From positions 249,316-313,315 of IMG/VR virus record IMGVR_UViG_3300047319_001872: DNA of 64,000 nucleotides; one strand, 5' to 3'. Within the stretch, counting starts at the first letter, position 1. Each line of letters starts with the position of its first letter. Position numbers and translations under genes: made by a program. Shown one piece after another: positions 56,290-64,000 of this stretch. The notes beneath the pieces are model-generated. The model was not told the origin of the DNA and made no database searches. It worked only from the letters and a program-made list of their open reading frames with translations.

Positions 56290-56691
56290 TTACTTGATCG
56301 CTACCGTAACGAAGTTGTAACCGTTGGCGGCCAAAATAGCCTGAACCTTCGGAATGTCCTGCGGGGTCACCTGGGCGATGGTCGCCGTGATGGTCTGCGC
56401 TGTGACGAGCGTCACGGACGAGTCGTCAATCCATGCCACACCCAGAATTTGGGTGTTGCCGTTTTGCGTCTTGACCTTGATGTACAGGTACGCGGCCGGA
56501 TCGTTCGGCGTGTGGGTCTGCGGACCGAAGAACGGATAGAACTGCACGTGCAAGGACGTCATGTCTTCGTCCTTCATCGCGTCTTCGTACGACATCACCG
56601 AGGTGACCTTGACGTTCTGCCAGTCGCTGCCCAGCAGAGGCGGATAGACGTTAAACGAGTACGTCTGCCCGATAGCAAAATTGTAAGCCAT
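56290..56691 (-). CDS. Conserved SH3-like beta-barrel protein (phiKZ gp49-like)
   Basis: 'IGQTYSFNVYPPLLG...NVKV...Y.....LGVAWIDDSSV'; synteny upstream of the polymerase. Confidence 0.6.
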   Translation of the reverse strand: MAYNFAIGQTYSFNVYPPLLGSDWQNVKVTSVMSYEDAMKDEDMTSLHVQFYPFFGPQTHTPNDPAAYLYIKVKTQNGNTQILGVAWIDDSSVTLVTAQTITATIAQVTPQDIPKVQAILAANGYNFVTVAIK

Positions 56692-56725
56692 GGTTTCCCG
56701 TGCCCAAATGAACAAAAAAAAAAGA

Positions 56726-57127
56726 TCAGAAGGGCAGGTGATCCAAAATCACGTCGTCACCGAGAAACTGGTGGACGTAGTACGGGAAGCCGTAGCCGCT
56801 ACCGGCCGCTCCTGTACGTAGTCCACGCAATCCCTCGAGACGCGCGTACACACTCTGTGCCAGATTTTGAACCGCTGCCCGCAATCGCTGATACTCGCTA
56901 GACGCCGTGTTTTCATAAACCGGGTCTACTATACGATTGGTAATGGGCAGCGCCTCGAGTCGGGCAGGACCGTTTGCTGAATAGTCCAAAAACACTTCGA
57001 AGATCTGCGTGATGATTTCGCGCTTATCGTTGAAGTGAATAGGCAAACCTTGCACTTCAAACAGAAACTGCGCCCAGAGATCCGCCGTCTCAACGATCAT
57101 GAGTCTGCTGTAATGCTCGTTTGCCAT
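56726..57127 (-). CDS. Hypothetical protein, member of a local paralog array
   Basis: C-terminal FPYYVHQFLGDDVIL resembles neighbours. Confidence 0.6.
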   Translation of the reverse strand: MANEHYSRLMIVETADLWAQFLFEVQGLPIHFNDKREIITQIFEVFLDYSANGPARLEALPITNRIVDPVYENTASSEYQRLRAAVQNLAQSVYARLEGLRGLRTGAAGSGYGFPYYVHQFLGDDVILDHLPF

Positions 57128-57134
57128 AGTCAAT

Positions 57135-57578
57135 TCACAGGTTAGGGATGTGCTCAGCATGCAGGTGTCGCAGCACCATGTCACGACCGAGCCAGTCGTG
57201 GAACTGATAATACAGGTAACCGTTCTGGTAGGCCCGCATCATGCGCAGCTTCTCGAGCACCTCTTCGCCAAAGCGATTCAAGAGCCCGGCAAAACGCCGA
57301 TACGAGTCCTCGCACGAGGAACCCAATTCATTCAGGAACATCTCGGCACAGGCGAAGTTCAACTCATCACGGGCTGTGCGCTCGTAGTGGATCGACTCCA
57401 TCACGATCTGGGCGACCATGTCCATCACCGTGTGGGGAAACTTATCCACCAGCATGACGGGCGTATCCGGAATCAATGACTCCAGATCTCGAGCTTTCCA
57501 CAGCAGCGTGGCCAACTCAGAGTCGGTATCCAGAACCAAAAAGGTCGAAGGAGGCTGGCGGTTGACCGAACTCCTCAA
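57135..57578 (-). CDS. Hypothetical protein, member of a local paralog array (start uncertain; TTG 57578 proposed)
   Basis: C-terminal LYYQFHDWLGRDMVL; overlaps upstream gene. Confidence 0.55.
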   Translation of the reverse strand: MRSSVNRQPPSTFLVLDTDSELATLLWKARDLESLIPDTPVMLVDKFPHTVMDMVAQIVMESIHYERTARDELNFACAEMFLNELGSSCEDSYRRFAGLLNRFGEEVLEKLRMMRAYQNGYLYYQFHDWLGRDMVLRHLHAEHIPNL

Positions 57579-57972
57579 AATCGGCCTTGGCAAACCGGAC
57601 AAGATGGTCACTGTGGACCTCCGCAAAAAGATAGGGAAAATAGCCGTCAGGCGGCAGATAAGCGTTGTACTCAAAGCGCAACCGATCTCGCATGGCGAGT
57701 CCCATCTTCATCACGGCTTCAAACATATCGCGATGAGGACCACGGGGAATATCGGCTTCCTCGATGCGGAACTCCTGGTAGCCGCAGTCGTATGCCAGTA
57801 CGATCGCCACTTCCGTGAGCTCAGACTCTGCACAATCATACACGCTAATTGCGCCAAACACGCTCGCCAGCACTTCGCTCAAATCAAAGGGCGGACGAAA
57901 AGGCTGGGTCGCCACGCGCAGAAACCCATGGATCTCTTGCGTGAAGTCGATCAATAGGTTTTCAGTATACAC
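57517..57972 (-). CDS. Hypothetical protein, member of a local paralog array
   Basis: GTG 57972 with GGGGA RBS; GYFPYLF motif. Confidence 0.55.
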   Translation of the reverse strand: MYTENLLIDFTQEIHGFLRVATQPFRPPFDLSEVLASVFGAISVYDCAESELTEVAIVLAYDCGYQEFRIEEADIPRGPHRDMFEAVMKMGLAMRDRLRFEYNAYLPPDGYFPYLFAEVHSDHLVRFAKADFEEFGQPPASFDLFGSGYRL

Positions 57973-58447
57973 GGCGTTTTCCCCAATTGTTGGTGAGGAC
58001 CTCGATACCCACCACCAGATCTCGACCGATCCAGCGCGGACTTTGGTCATCGATCTGGTAAGGTCGAGTGCTAAAGAGATCTTGCATGATGAGCAATACT
58101 TGCTCTTCAATGGATTGCGTGATCATCTCCAGCTCACCCACCCGGCTCATGTATTCGCTTAAGTCCACGGACGTATGTTTGATACGGCCCGTACGCTCAT
58201 CGAACTGTTCATGACGCCGGTTAACGTAACTGTCAAACTTCTTCAACACGAAATCCACCAACTCACTGTGGTGATGCTGCAGCGAGCGCTGGTACTCAGT
58301 GTACGGCGAGGTTTCCTGAAACGACGTACCCAAGACTGCATTCTTCACGACGGAATGCACACCGCCCTTCAGAAAGAGCTTGAACAACTCATCGTACACC
58401 ATGGATTCCGTGATCAGATCACACGTCGGCAATATGAAAACGGACAT
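57962..58447 (-). CDS. Hypothetical protein (161 aa)
   Basis: AAGGA RBS; C-terminal WIGRDLVV. Confidence 0.6.
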   Translation of the reverse strand: MSVFILPTCDLITESMVYDELFKLFLKGGVHSVVKNAVLGTSFQETSPYTEYQRSLQHHHSELVDFVLKKFDSYVNRRHEQFDERTGRIKHTSVDLSEYMSRVGELEMITQSIEEQVLLIMQDLFSTRPYQIDDQSPRWIGRDLVVGIEVLTNNWGKRRVY

Positions 58448-58485
58448 GGTTGCTATTCCTTGTTTCGATTGTAATGACCTGTTAC

Positions 58486-58953
58486 TTATAGTCGTACGGG
58501 CGCGTTGATGAGATCTTCCATCGGGAGGCGTTCAATCGTGTCCATGTAGTTCGGGAATTCCGTCACCACCACATCCCACGAGCCCGTAAGATCAGCGTAC
58601 GCCTGGGTCGACGTATCGTTTATTTTCAGGTGCGGCAACACCGCGCCGATGTAATCGACGATCATGTCAAACGCACGGTTGCATAACTGGTGCGCGGCAT
58701 TATGATTCATGCCCGAATTCTGCAACAGGGCTTTGGCCGCGACCAGGTATTCGGAAGGATGCGCCTCACACGTGTTGTCAAACACGTCCTTGAGCAAGGC
58801 TTCCAGGAGCGGGCCACTGTCGTAGCTTCTCCAGTTCGGATCAAGTGCGGCTTCCGGATTGCGTGGGTTACGCTTGCGTGCTTGATACAGAGCCAGCTCG
58901 CGTTGCACGAACATGCCCACATCCAGCAGCGAAATCACCGTACTGCTTTTCAT
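58486..58953 (-). CDS. Hypothetical protein (155 aa)
   Basis: ORF track; operon packing. Confidence 0.6.
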   Translation of the reverse strand: MKSSTVISLLDVGMFVQRELALYQARKRNPRNPEAALDPNWRSYDSGPLLEALLKDVFDNTCEAHPSEYLVAAKALLQNSGMNHNAAHQLCNRAFDMIVDYIGAVLPHLKINDTSTQAYADLTGSWDVVVTEFPNYMDTIERLPMEDLINAPVRL

Positions 58954-58980
58954 CTCTACTCATCCCCGCCACGCGCTCTG

Positions 58981-59790
58981 TTAATCTTCAAAATCGCGGC
59001 CGTGCTCCATCATCCACGAATAGATCCGATAGTCGATGGTCTTTTCCACCCGCACCACCGTGTTATCCACTTTCATGAAGTGCATGATCCAGCGATCTTG
59101 TCCCAAGAAGTCTGTCAACTGATGTAGCATGTCGCTCAATTGCAGCGTGATGCTCTCACAGATCTCCTGCGACGCGTAAAAAAGTTGCTTGTCCTGTTCC
59201 GAGATGCGCGCGCGGCCCAGGTCATCCGTGGGTTCATGCTCCACGGCGACGATGTTGCCGGTTTCCCCCCAGCTAAAATTGGCGTCATTCGGATCTTTCG
59301 GATACTGGAACACCGAATCGACCGTGATGCCCGAGCGCTGGAACTGCTCGAAAAGAAACGGACGGATCACCGCGTCGAAATTCAGCTTCTTGTGGCCGCG
59401 ACGAATCCGGCCTTGGCTGGACCACTTCGCATGGTTGATCACCATGTGGTCAATCAGCTCGATGAGCAAATTGCGTGCGCGCAGTGAAAAGCGTGACTGC
59501 GGCTTCAGATACGGCAGATGCACCTTGGGTACGACCAGATCGGCTTTCGCATCGTAGACTTCGTCGCGCAACGGCAACTCGAAAGACGTAATCGGGATCG
59601 GTGTGGCGACATTGTTGACCGCTTCACCTGCGTAGAAATACGGCTGTCCCGCGACCATCACCGGCTCACACTGAGTCGGCAGGTACAAGCCTTCCGGATT
59701 GGGCAACATGTAGGGACCTGCGGCAGCTTCCACCGCGTCGACCCAGTCTCCCAGATCCAGCACCAGCGTTCCAGTGATTTTCAGTTCCAT
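58981..59790 (-). CDS. Conserved hypothetical protein
   Basis: ATG 59790 overlaps the upstream gene end; C-terminal 'VEKTIDYRI'. Confidence 0.6.
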   Translation of the reverse strand: MELKITGTLVLDLGDWVDAVEAAAGPYMLPNPEGLYLPTQCEPVMVAGQPYFYAGEAVNNVATPIPITSFELPLRDEVYDAKADLVVPKVHLPYLKPQSRFSLRARNLLIELIDHMVINHAKWSSQGRIRRGHKKLNFDAVIRPFLFEQFQRSGITVDSVFQYPKDPNDANFSWGETGNIVAVEHEPTDDLGRARISEQDKQLFYASQEICESITLQLSDMLHQLTDFLGQDRWIMHFMKVDNTVVRVEKTIDYRIYSWMMEHGRDFED

Positions 59791-60188
59791 TTTCTTTGGT
59801 AGTCGTAGTTCGTATTGGCAGGGCGATTGTGCACGTAGTACCACATGTACAAGTCAATCCCGCGGATTTCTAAGTCGATGAAGCAGTTGTCGCCGTACAG
59901 CTGCGGCACCTTGATGTATTGGCCGGTGTAGTAATCCAGGTCCAACTCGGAGCGGATCTGGGCATGCAGTCGGGCAAAGCGCCAGTCCTGCGGGTCGTGG
60001 TTCACCGAGAACAAATGATACACCTGCTCAATCTGTTCTTTGACGATCCATTCGATTAAGCGCTCTTCAGTCAACCCGGAGAAGATCAGTTGACTCGCAA
60101 CTGCCCTCGTAGCGCCCTTTAAGACGCTCAGGAAGTCATGGATCTCCTGGATCAATAGCGCCCTAGGTTCGACGGTTAAGAGGTTCAT
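59781..60188 (-). CDS. Hypothetical protein (135 aa)
   Basis: AAGGAG RBS. Confidence 0.6.
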   Translation of the reverse strand: MNLLTVEPRALLIQEIHDFLSVLKGATRAVASQLIFSGLTEERLIEWIVKEQIEQVYHLFSVNHDPQDWRFARLHAQIRSELDLDYYTGQYIKVPQLYGDNCFIDLEIRGIDLYMWYYVHNRPANTNYDYQRKWN

Positions 60189-60247
60189 GGCGGCTCCTTA
60201 TACACAGTATCCAGCGGCTACGTTTGTTTTGACTATTTGTGTAACTG

Positions 60248-60307
60248 CGGCATAAAAAAATAATCAGTCCCTTTTGCACCCTCCCGTAGGAAGGCATAAA
60301 AGGGACT
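60248..60307 (-). terminator. Hairpin, U-tract and TATGCCG closing the post-PhuZ region
   Basis: agtccctttt...aaaagggact; A-tract and cggcata on +. Confidence 0.65.
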
Positions 60308-60309
60308 CG

Positions 60310-60925
60310 CCTCGTCCGATGCTCACCCAAACAGCTACCCGTAAAACGGACTGTGGTATTGTTGCGGTCGGAACTGAGGCGGTCTGGACATCTCAAGCTG
60401 CGAGCCAAGTGTTAGGCCCTAGTGCTAATTTTTAGACAGTCCATGGACCTCTAAACAATTGCTTCGGGTACTCCCTTGAAAACTGTCGCACTTATTGCCT
60501 CCTGCGCACCAGTAGGCGGCAGGCCATTACTCACGGAATGTAAAAGACCCTAGCCCCCGATGCACCCCCTGCGCCTGATGCGCGGTTCGGCTGGAATGGG
60601 ACTAAAGTCTGCGCATGGCCAAATCATCGGTCCGAGTCAACGGGCCAAGCGCATCGCCTCAATGGCTGAAGGTACTACGAGCACCCTTAGCTCGCGTTGC
60701 CTTCCCCAGCTGGGGACGTCGCGCATGATGTCTATTCACCCTCGCATGCGCCTGCAAGGGTGAGGACCGATGAACTTTACGAGTGGCGGCGGCCTGAATG
60801 GACGGGAACCACGAAAAATCGTGATAGATAAACCGTCCAAAGTCAGACCACCACCACCGGGCCAGAGAGCTGATCTGGCTAAACATCGGTTCTTATTGCT
60901 TTCCTTATCGTGTCGTCCAGCGTTG
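60310..60925 (-). ncRNA. Candidate ~600-nt structured RNA downstream of phuZ
   Basis: No credible ORF; nested helices whose mismatches are G-U only on the - strand. Confidence 0.5.
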
Positions 60926-60928
60926 TTG

Positions 60929-61933
60929 TTAGAGGATCAGCCCCGTTTCATCCGCACGGTCGCCTGCGCCCAGAATGGACTTGTGCGCGACGCGCGACTG
61001 CTGTTCCTCGCTCAGGTGCGAGAGCACCTTTTGCACGTTGGCCACGGCTTCGTGGATCACCCGGTCGCCCGTGATGTAATGCACCGGCGATTCCTTGGCG
61101 ATGTTCTCGGGCATGTCGGCCGGGAACAGTCCGAGAAAGCGCACTTCGGGCATGAACGGTAGCGTCGCATCAGCGCCCGCTTTCGCCAGCGTCGCAACGC
61201 TGATGACATTGCCCACGTGAGCGTGCGATTCGCCGTTCTTGACGATGTGCAGGCCTGCGAGCATCGGCTGCTTGAAGGTGGTGACCTTGTCGAAGCGCAA
61301 CCAGTTGTAGAGGTCACGTGTATCGAGCTCGGTGTTCTCGCGGCTAAAGAGCGCAGCGAGGCCGACCACGACGGTTTCGATTTCAGCGTCCACCGCAGCG
61401 CGCGGGGTGTCTTGCGTGTTCTGCAGATAGGCGATGACGATCGGGGCGCCCGCGGCCTTGGCGATGGCTTCGTAGGACTTGATCGTGTTGAGCGTGTTCT
61501 CCGCGTACAGCCGGGTCGAGGCATCGCCCACCATGACCACCACCACCGGCACGTCACGTGCGAGCAGCTCTTGCGTAAGAATCGGGCCGATCACCGAACC
61601 CGAACCACCCGACGCCGAATGCAACACCAGTGCCAGGTTACCCGGCTTGTGCGCGTGCAGGATTTCCTTGACGCGTTCCTTCACGACAGCGGCATGTTCG
61701 CGGCGCACTTGTCCAGAACCGTCGAGGCCCTGGAAGTGGTAGATCGCGTTCGCATCGATGTTCGCGTTGAGCATGTTCGACTTGCTGGTGTCGATATACG
61801 TCGGCTCGACGACAGCCATGCCAGCTTGTGCTTTACCGCGGTACTTCTCGAAGCGCGTCGCAATGTTCGTGCCAGCTCCGCCCGCTGCGTAGATGCTGAT
61901 ACGACCTTTGACTTTCTCGATGATTTCGGACAT
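60929..61933 (-). CDS. phuZ: PhuZ tubulin/FtsZ-family GTPase
   Basis: GGAGTN, IDTS, GSGQVR, SASGGSGS signature, ELDTRD T7-like loop; 334 aa. Confidence 0.93.
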   Translation of the reverse strand: MSEIIEKVKGRISIYAAGGAGTNIATRFEKYRGKAQAGMAVVEPTYIDTSKSNMLNANIDANAIYHFQGLDGSGQVRREHAAVVKERVKEILHAHKPGNLALVLHSASGGSGSVIGPILTQELLARDVPVVVVMVGDASTRLYAENTLNTIKSYEAIAKAAGAPIVIAYLQNTQDTPRAAVDAEIETVVVGLAALFSRENTELDTRDLYNWLRFDKVTTFKQPMLAGLHIVKNGESHAHVGNVISVATLAKAGADATLPFMPEVRFLGLFPADMPENIAKESPVHYITGDRVIHEAVANVQKVLSHLSEEQQSRVAHKSILGAGDRADETGLIL

Positions 61934-62019
61934 GTTTCTTTCCTAGTTTTTTCAAATTGAAGCACTCCTACATAGTAGGGGATGTGCTCGTAAAAAATGC
62001 CCGTGGTGAAACGGGCACC

Positions 62020-62430
62020 TTAGACTGCAACCGCTTCCGAGCTCAGGACGTCAGCCGTGATGATGAGGGTCGACATCGGCTTGTGTTCAGCGATGAAGAA
62101 CTCTTCAAACTTCGATTCATGGAAGTGCATTTCGAGCGGGGTGAGTTCCGTCGATTGGCGATCCTTCGCGTTCAGGTAGTCAAACACCTTGCGCTTGGAA
62201 CCGGCCCACAGCACGCCAGCTTCGAGTTCGCCCTTGAAAGTCTTGTTTGCGCCATCAGCCATCGATGCGCGAAATCCTTCAATCACGAAGTCACCGTTGG
62301 CGTTTTGCGACACACGGTACAGGATAGTAGCGCCATCGGTGGACACTTCGTCCACCACATAGTGCTTGTTCATGTACACGAGAGCGGAGAGGTTAGCTGC
62401 GTAAGCCTTGATGTTAGCAACGTTGTTCAT
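62020..62430 (-). CDS. Hypothetical early protein (136 aa)
   Basis: AGGAG RBS; early promoter upstream. Confidence 0.65.
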   Translation of the reverse strand: MNNVANIKAYAANLSALVYMNKHYVVDEVSTDGATILYRVSQNANGDFVIEGFRASMADGANKTFKGELEAGVLWAGSKRKVFDYLNAKDRQSTELTPLEMHFHESKFEEFFIAEHKPMSTLIITADVLSSEAVAV

Positions 62431-62486
62431 GGTAATGCTCCTGATAGGTTAGATAATCTTAGAAGCTTCTGCTTCTGTCTACGTGC

Positions 62487-62515
62487 GTAATATAGGTCTG
62501 AAATTGTTTTCAATC
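62487..62515 (-). promoter_or_regulatory. Early promoter GATTGAAA-N13-TATATTAC
   Basis: Same bipartite motif and spacing with one mismatch. Confidence 0.7.
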
Positions 62516-62567
62516 GACTTTTAACACGCGATCCTATGTAGATTCTTTTTTTGAGCGGAGGCCTAGA

Positions 62568-63371
62568 GTGAATCCTATCACCCGAGCTGTGGATGATCTG
62601 AAGTTCCGGATTCCACGGCGTGTATTGGAAGAGGTGTTTGTCGAGCGCACGGCCCGTTGGCGCACAGCCCCGCGTTCGATCGACGAATGTATTTTGGAAC
62701 AAGTGGTCCGCCCTCGTGTCCTGGTGGACTGCAATCTCGTGGGTGGCACGGAAGCATTCGTCTATCTGGACGATATTCCGTACGAGCGGATGAACGACTA
62801 TACGTCGGTGTATCGCATCCCGAAGACCAAGACGCAGGGGCGCTCGATTCTGTCGGTGCTGAACATCACGTTCGCCGACCCCACCAAAGTCTCAAGCTAC
62901 GGGGTGGCCGCGGGTGCGCAGAACACGACCATGCTGCAAGCCGGACAGGCCGTGATGGACGCCTACGGGGCCTTGCCCGTGACCTCAACGCATCGCGTGC
63001 AGTTGATCGGGGAAAACACGATCATGGTGCGCGACACCATAGTGCTGCCCCCTGATGTGTATCTGCGCTGTATTCTCGCCAATGACGAGAACATGTCGCA
63101 CATCCAGATGCGCAGCTACCGGCCGTTCTGTCGGCTGGTGGAACTCGCGGTGAAAGCCTACATCTACAATGACCAAGTCATCGAGGTGGACATCGGCAAG
63201 ATCCGGGGTGGTCAGGAAATCGGTAAGTTCAAGGAAATCGTCGAGGAGTACAAGGACGCGGAAGAACAGTATCAGGAGTTCCTCGCCACCACCTGGCAGA
63301 AGGTGGCGTACATGAACGACAACGAAACGTTTAACCGCTTTGTACGCAGTTTGATTGGTGGCTATCGGTAA
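62568..63371 (+). CDS. Conserved core, probable virion (neck/adaptor-like) protein
   Basis: GGAGG RBS with GTG start; TATG at about 62536 upstream; function inferred. Confidence 0.6.
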   Translation: MNPITRAVDDLKFRIPRRVLEEVFVERTARWRTAPRSIDECILEQVVRPRVLVDCNLVGGTEAFVYLDDIPYERMNDYTSVYRIPKTKTQGRSILSVLNITFADPTKVSSYGVAAGAQNTTMLQAGQAVMDAYGALPVTSTHRVQLIGENTIMVRDTIVLPPDVYLRCILANDENMSHIQMRSYRPFCRLVELAVKAYIYNDQVIEVDIGKIRGGQEIGKFKEIVEEYKDAEEQYQEFLATTWQKVAYMNDNETFNRFVRSLIGGYR

Positions 63372-63373
63372 CA

Positions 63374-63411
63374 CGGTCATAGCGGGCAGCCCTAGGGCTG
63401 CCCGTATGCCG
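63374..63411. terminator. Hairpin between convergent genes, flanked by GGTCATA / TATGCCG
   Basis: cgggcagccc-ta-gggctgcccg. Confidence 0.75.
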
Positions 63412-63421
63412 CTGTAGCGGC

Positions 63422-64000
63422 TTATGCAGCGTTGCGCAACTGGATCTTCACGAAGGTTCCCGCGGCGGCTTCCTGCCCCTTAGCGAAGTCTACCAGGCCC
63501 TTGGTGAGCGGCATGATGGTGAGCGTGAAGCCCACGCCGTTCTCATCGACCTTGAAGACGCAGCTGTTGGAGAGCTGGCTCACGAGATTGCGCATCTGGC
63601 TGAAGGCCGCCGCATAGTCGAAGTCGACTCCGGCCGCTTTCTGCCAGCGCTTGCCGAATTCGCGCTTCGCCGCTTTCTCGAGCTTCGGGTAGATGACCTT
63701 GGCCGCGACGTAGGTTCCGGCATCTTCGCCCATCTCGATCGTGATCTTCATGACGAGTTGCTCGTCGACATTCACGCGATAGCCTTCCAGGCGACGGTAC
63801 ATGCCCTGGTGGGAGCCCGCATCGAACACGAAGTCGGTGGCGAGCGCCGGGTGAGCACTCAGTTCGCGCACCGTGCGACGCACGAGCCGCATCACGGGTT
63901 GCTCGTCGGGCGTATACAGCGAGTTGATATGGTTTTCGATAAACCCTTCATCTGCGTTTGTCGCTTCGAAATTCTTGAAGTCGTAGTTGGCGAAGAAGAA
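63422..64000 (-). CDS. Hypothetical protein, 5' end beyond the window
   Basis: Frame stays open past 63895 to the window edge. Confidence 0.55.
   Translation of the reverse strand, partial: FFFANYDFKNFEATNADEGFIENHINSLYTPDEQPVMRLVRRTVRELSAHPALATDFVFDAGSHQGMYRRLEGYRVNVDEQLVMKITIEMGEDAGTYVAAKVIYPKLEKAAKREFGKRWQKAAGVDFDYAAAFSQMRNLVSQLSNSCVFKVDENGVGFTLTIMPLTKGLVDFAKGQEAAAGTFVKIQLRNAA

Noticed and set aside
57517-57674. Possible +1 frameshift at CTT TTT joining the overlapping 57517 and 57135 ORFs
   Set aside because: A TTG at 57578 with an AAGG upstream explains initiation; no stimulatory signal seen

Overview
This 64-kb window is the conserved core of a nucleus-forming jumbo phage (phiKZ-like, Chimalliviridae) with GC-rich coding sequence. 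Diagnostic genes are chimallin (45373-47283), PhuZ tubulin (60929-61933), non-virion RNA polymerase subunits (beta' N-part with NADFDGD, beta C-part, beta' C-part, gp68-like specificity subunit), a virion RNAP beta' fragment and a family B DNA polymerase split into two distant genes. Also present are an SF2 helicase, an SbcD/Mre11 nuclease, PicA/Imp1, a ChmC-like protein, head/baseplate proteins and a modular endolysin. Accessory blocks lie at about 9.7-14.9 kb, 23.8-27.8 kb and 47.4-51.8 kb. Main findings: (1) an in-frame T_TTT_TTT -1 slippery site that would fuse a 542-aa core protein to the next ORF, as in lambda G/GT tail chaperones; (2) a second, divergent PicA/Imp1 paralog with an extra C-terminal domain; (3) a small protein starting with a near-copy of the EF-Tu N-terminus, within a cluster of proteins with basic/Trp C-tails; (4) two long structured intergenic RNA candidates, one rich in loop GGA motifs; (5) a hairpin+TATGHC gene-end signal and a fixed-spacing bipartite early promoter; (6) tandem macrodomains. 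phiKZ gp equivalences come from motifs, synteny and recalled literature, not database searches. Many starts were re-chosen from RBS or stop/start overlap evidence.
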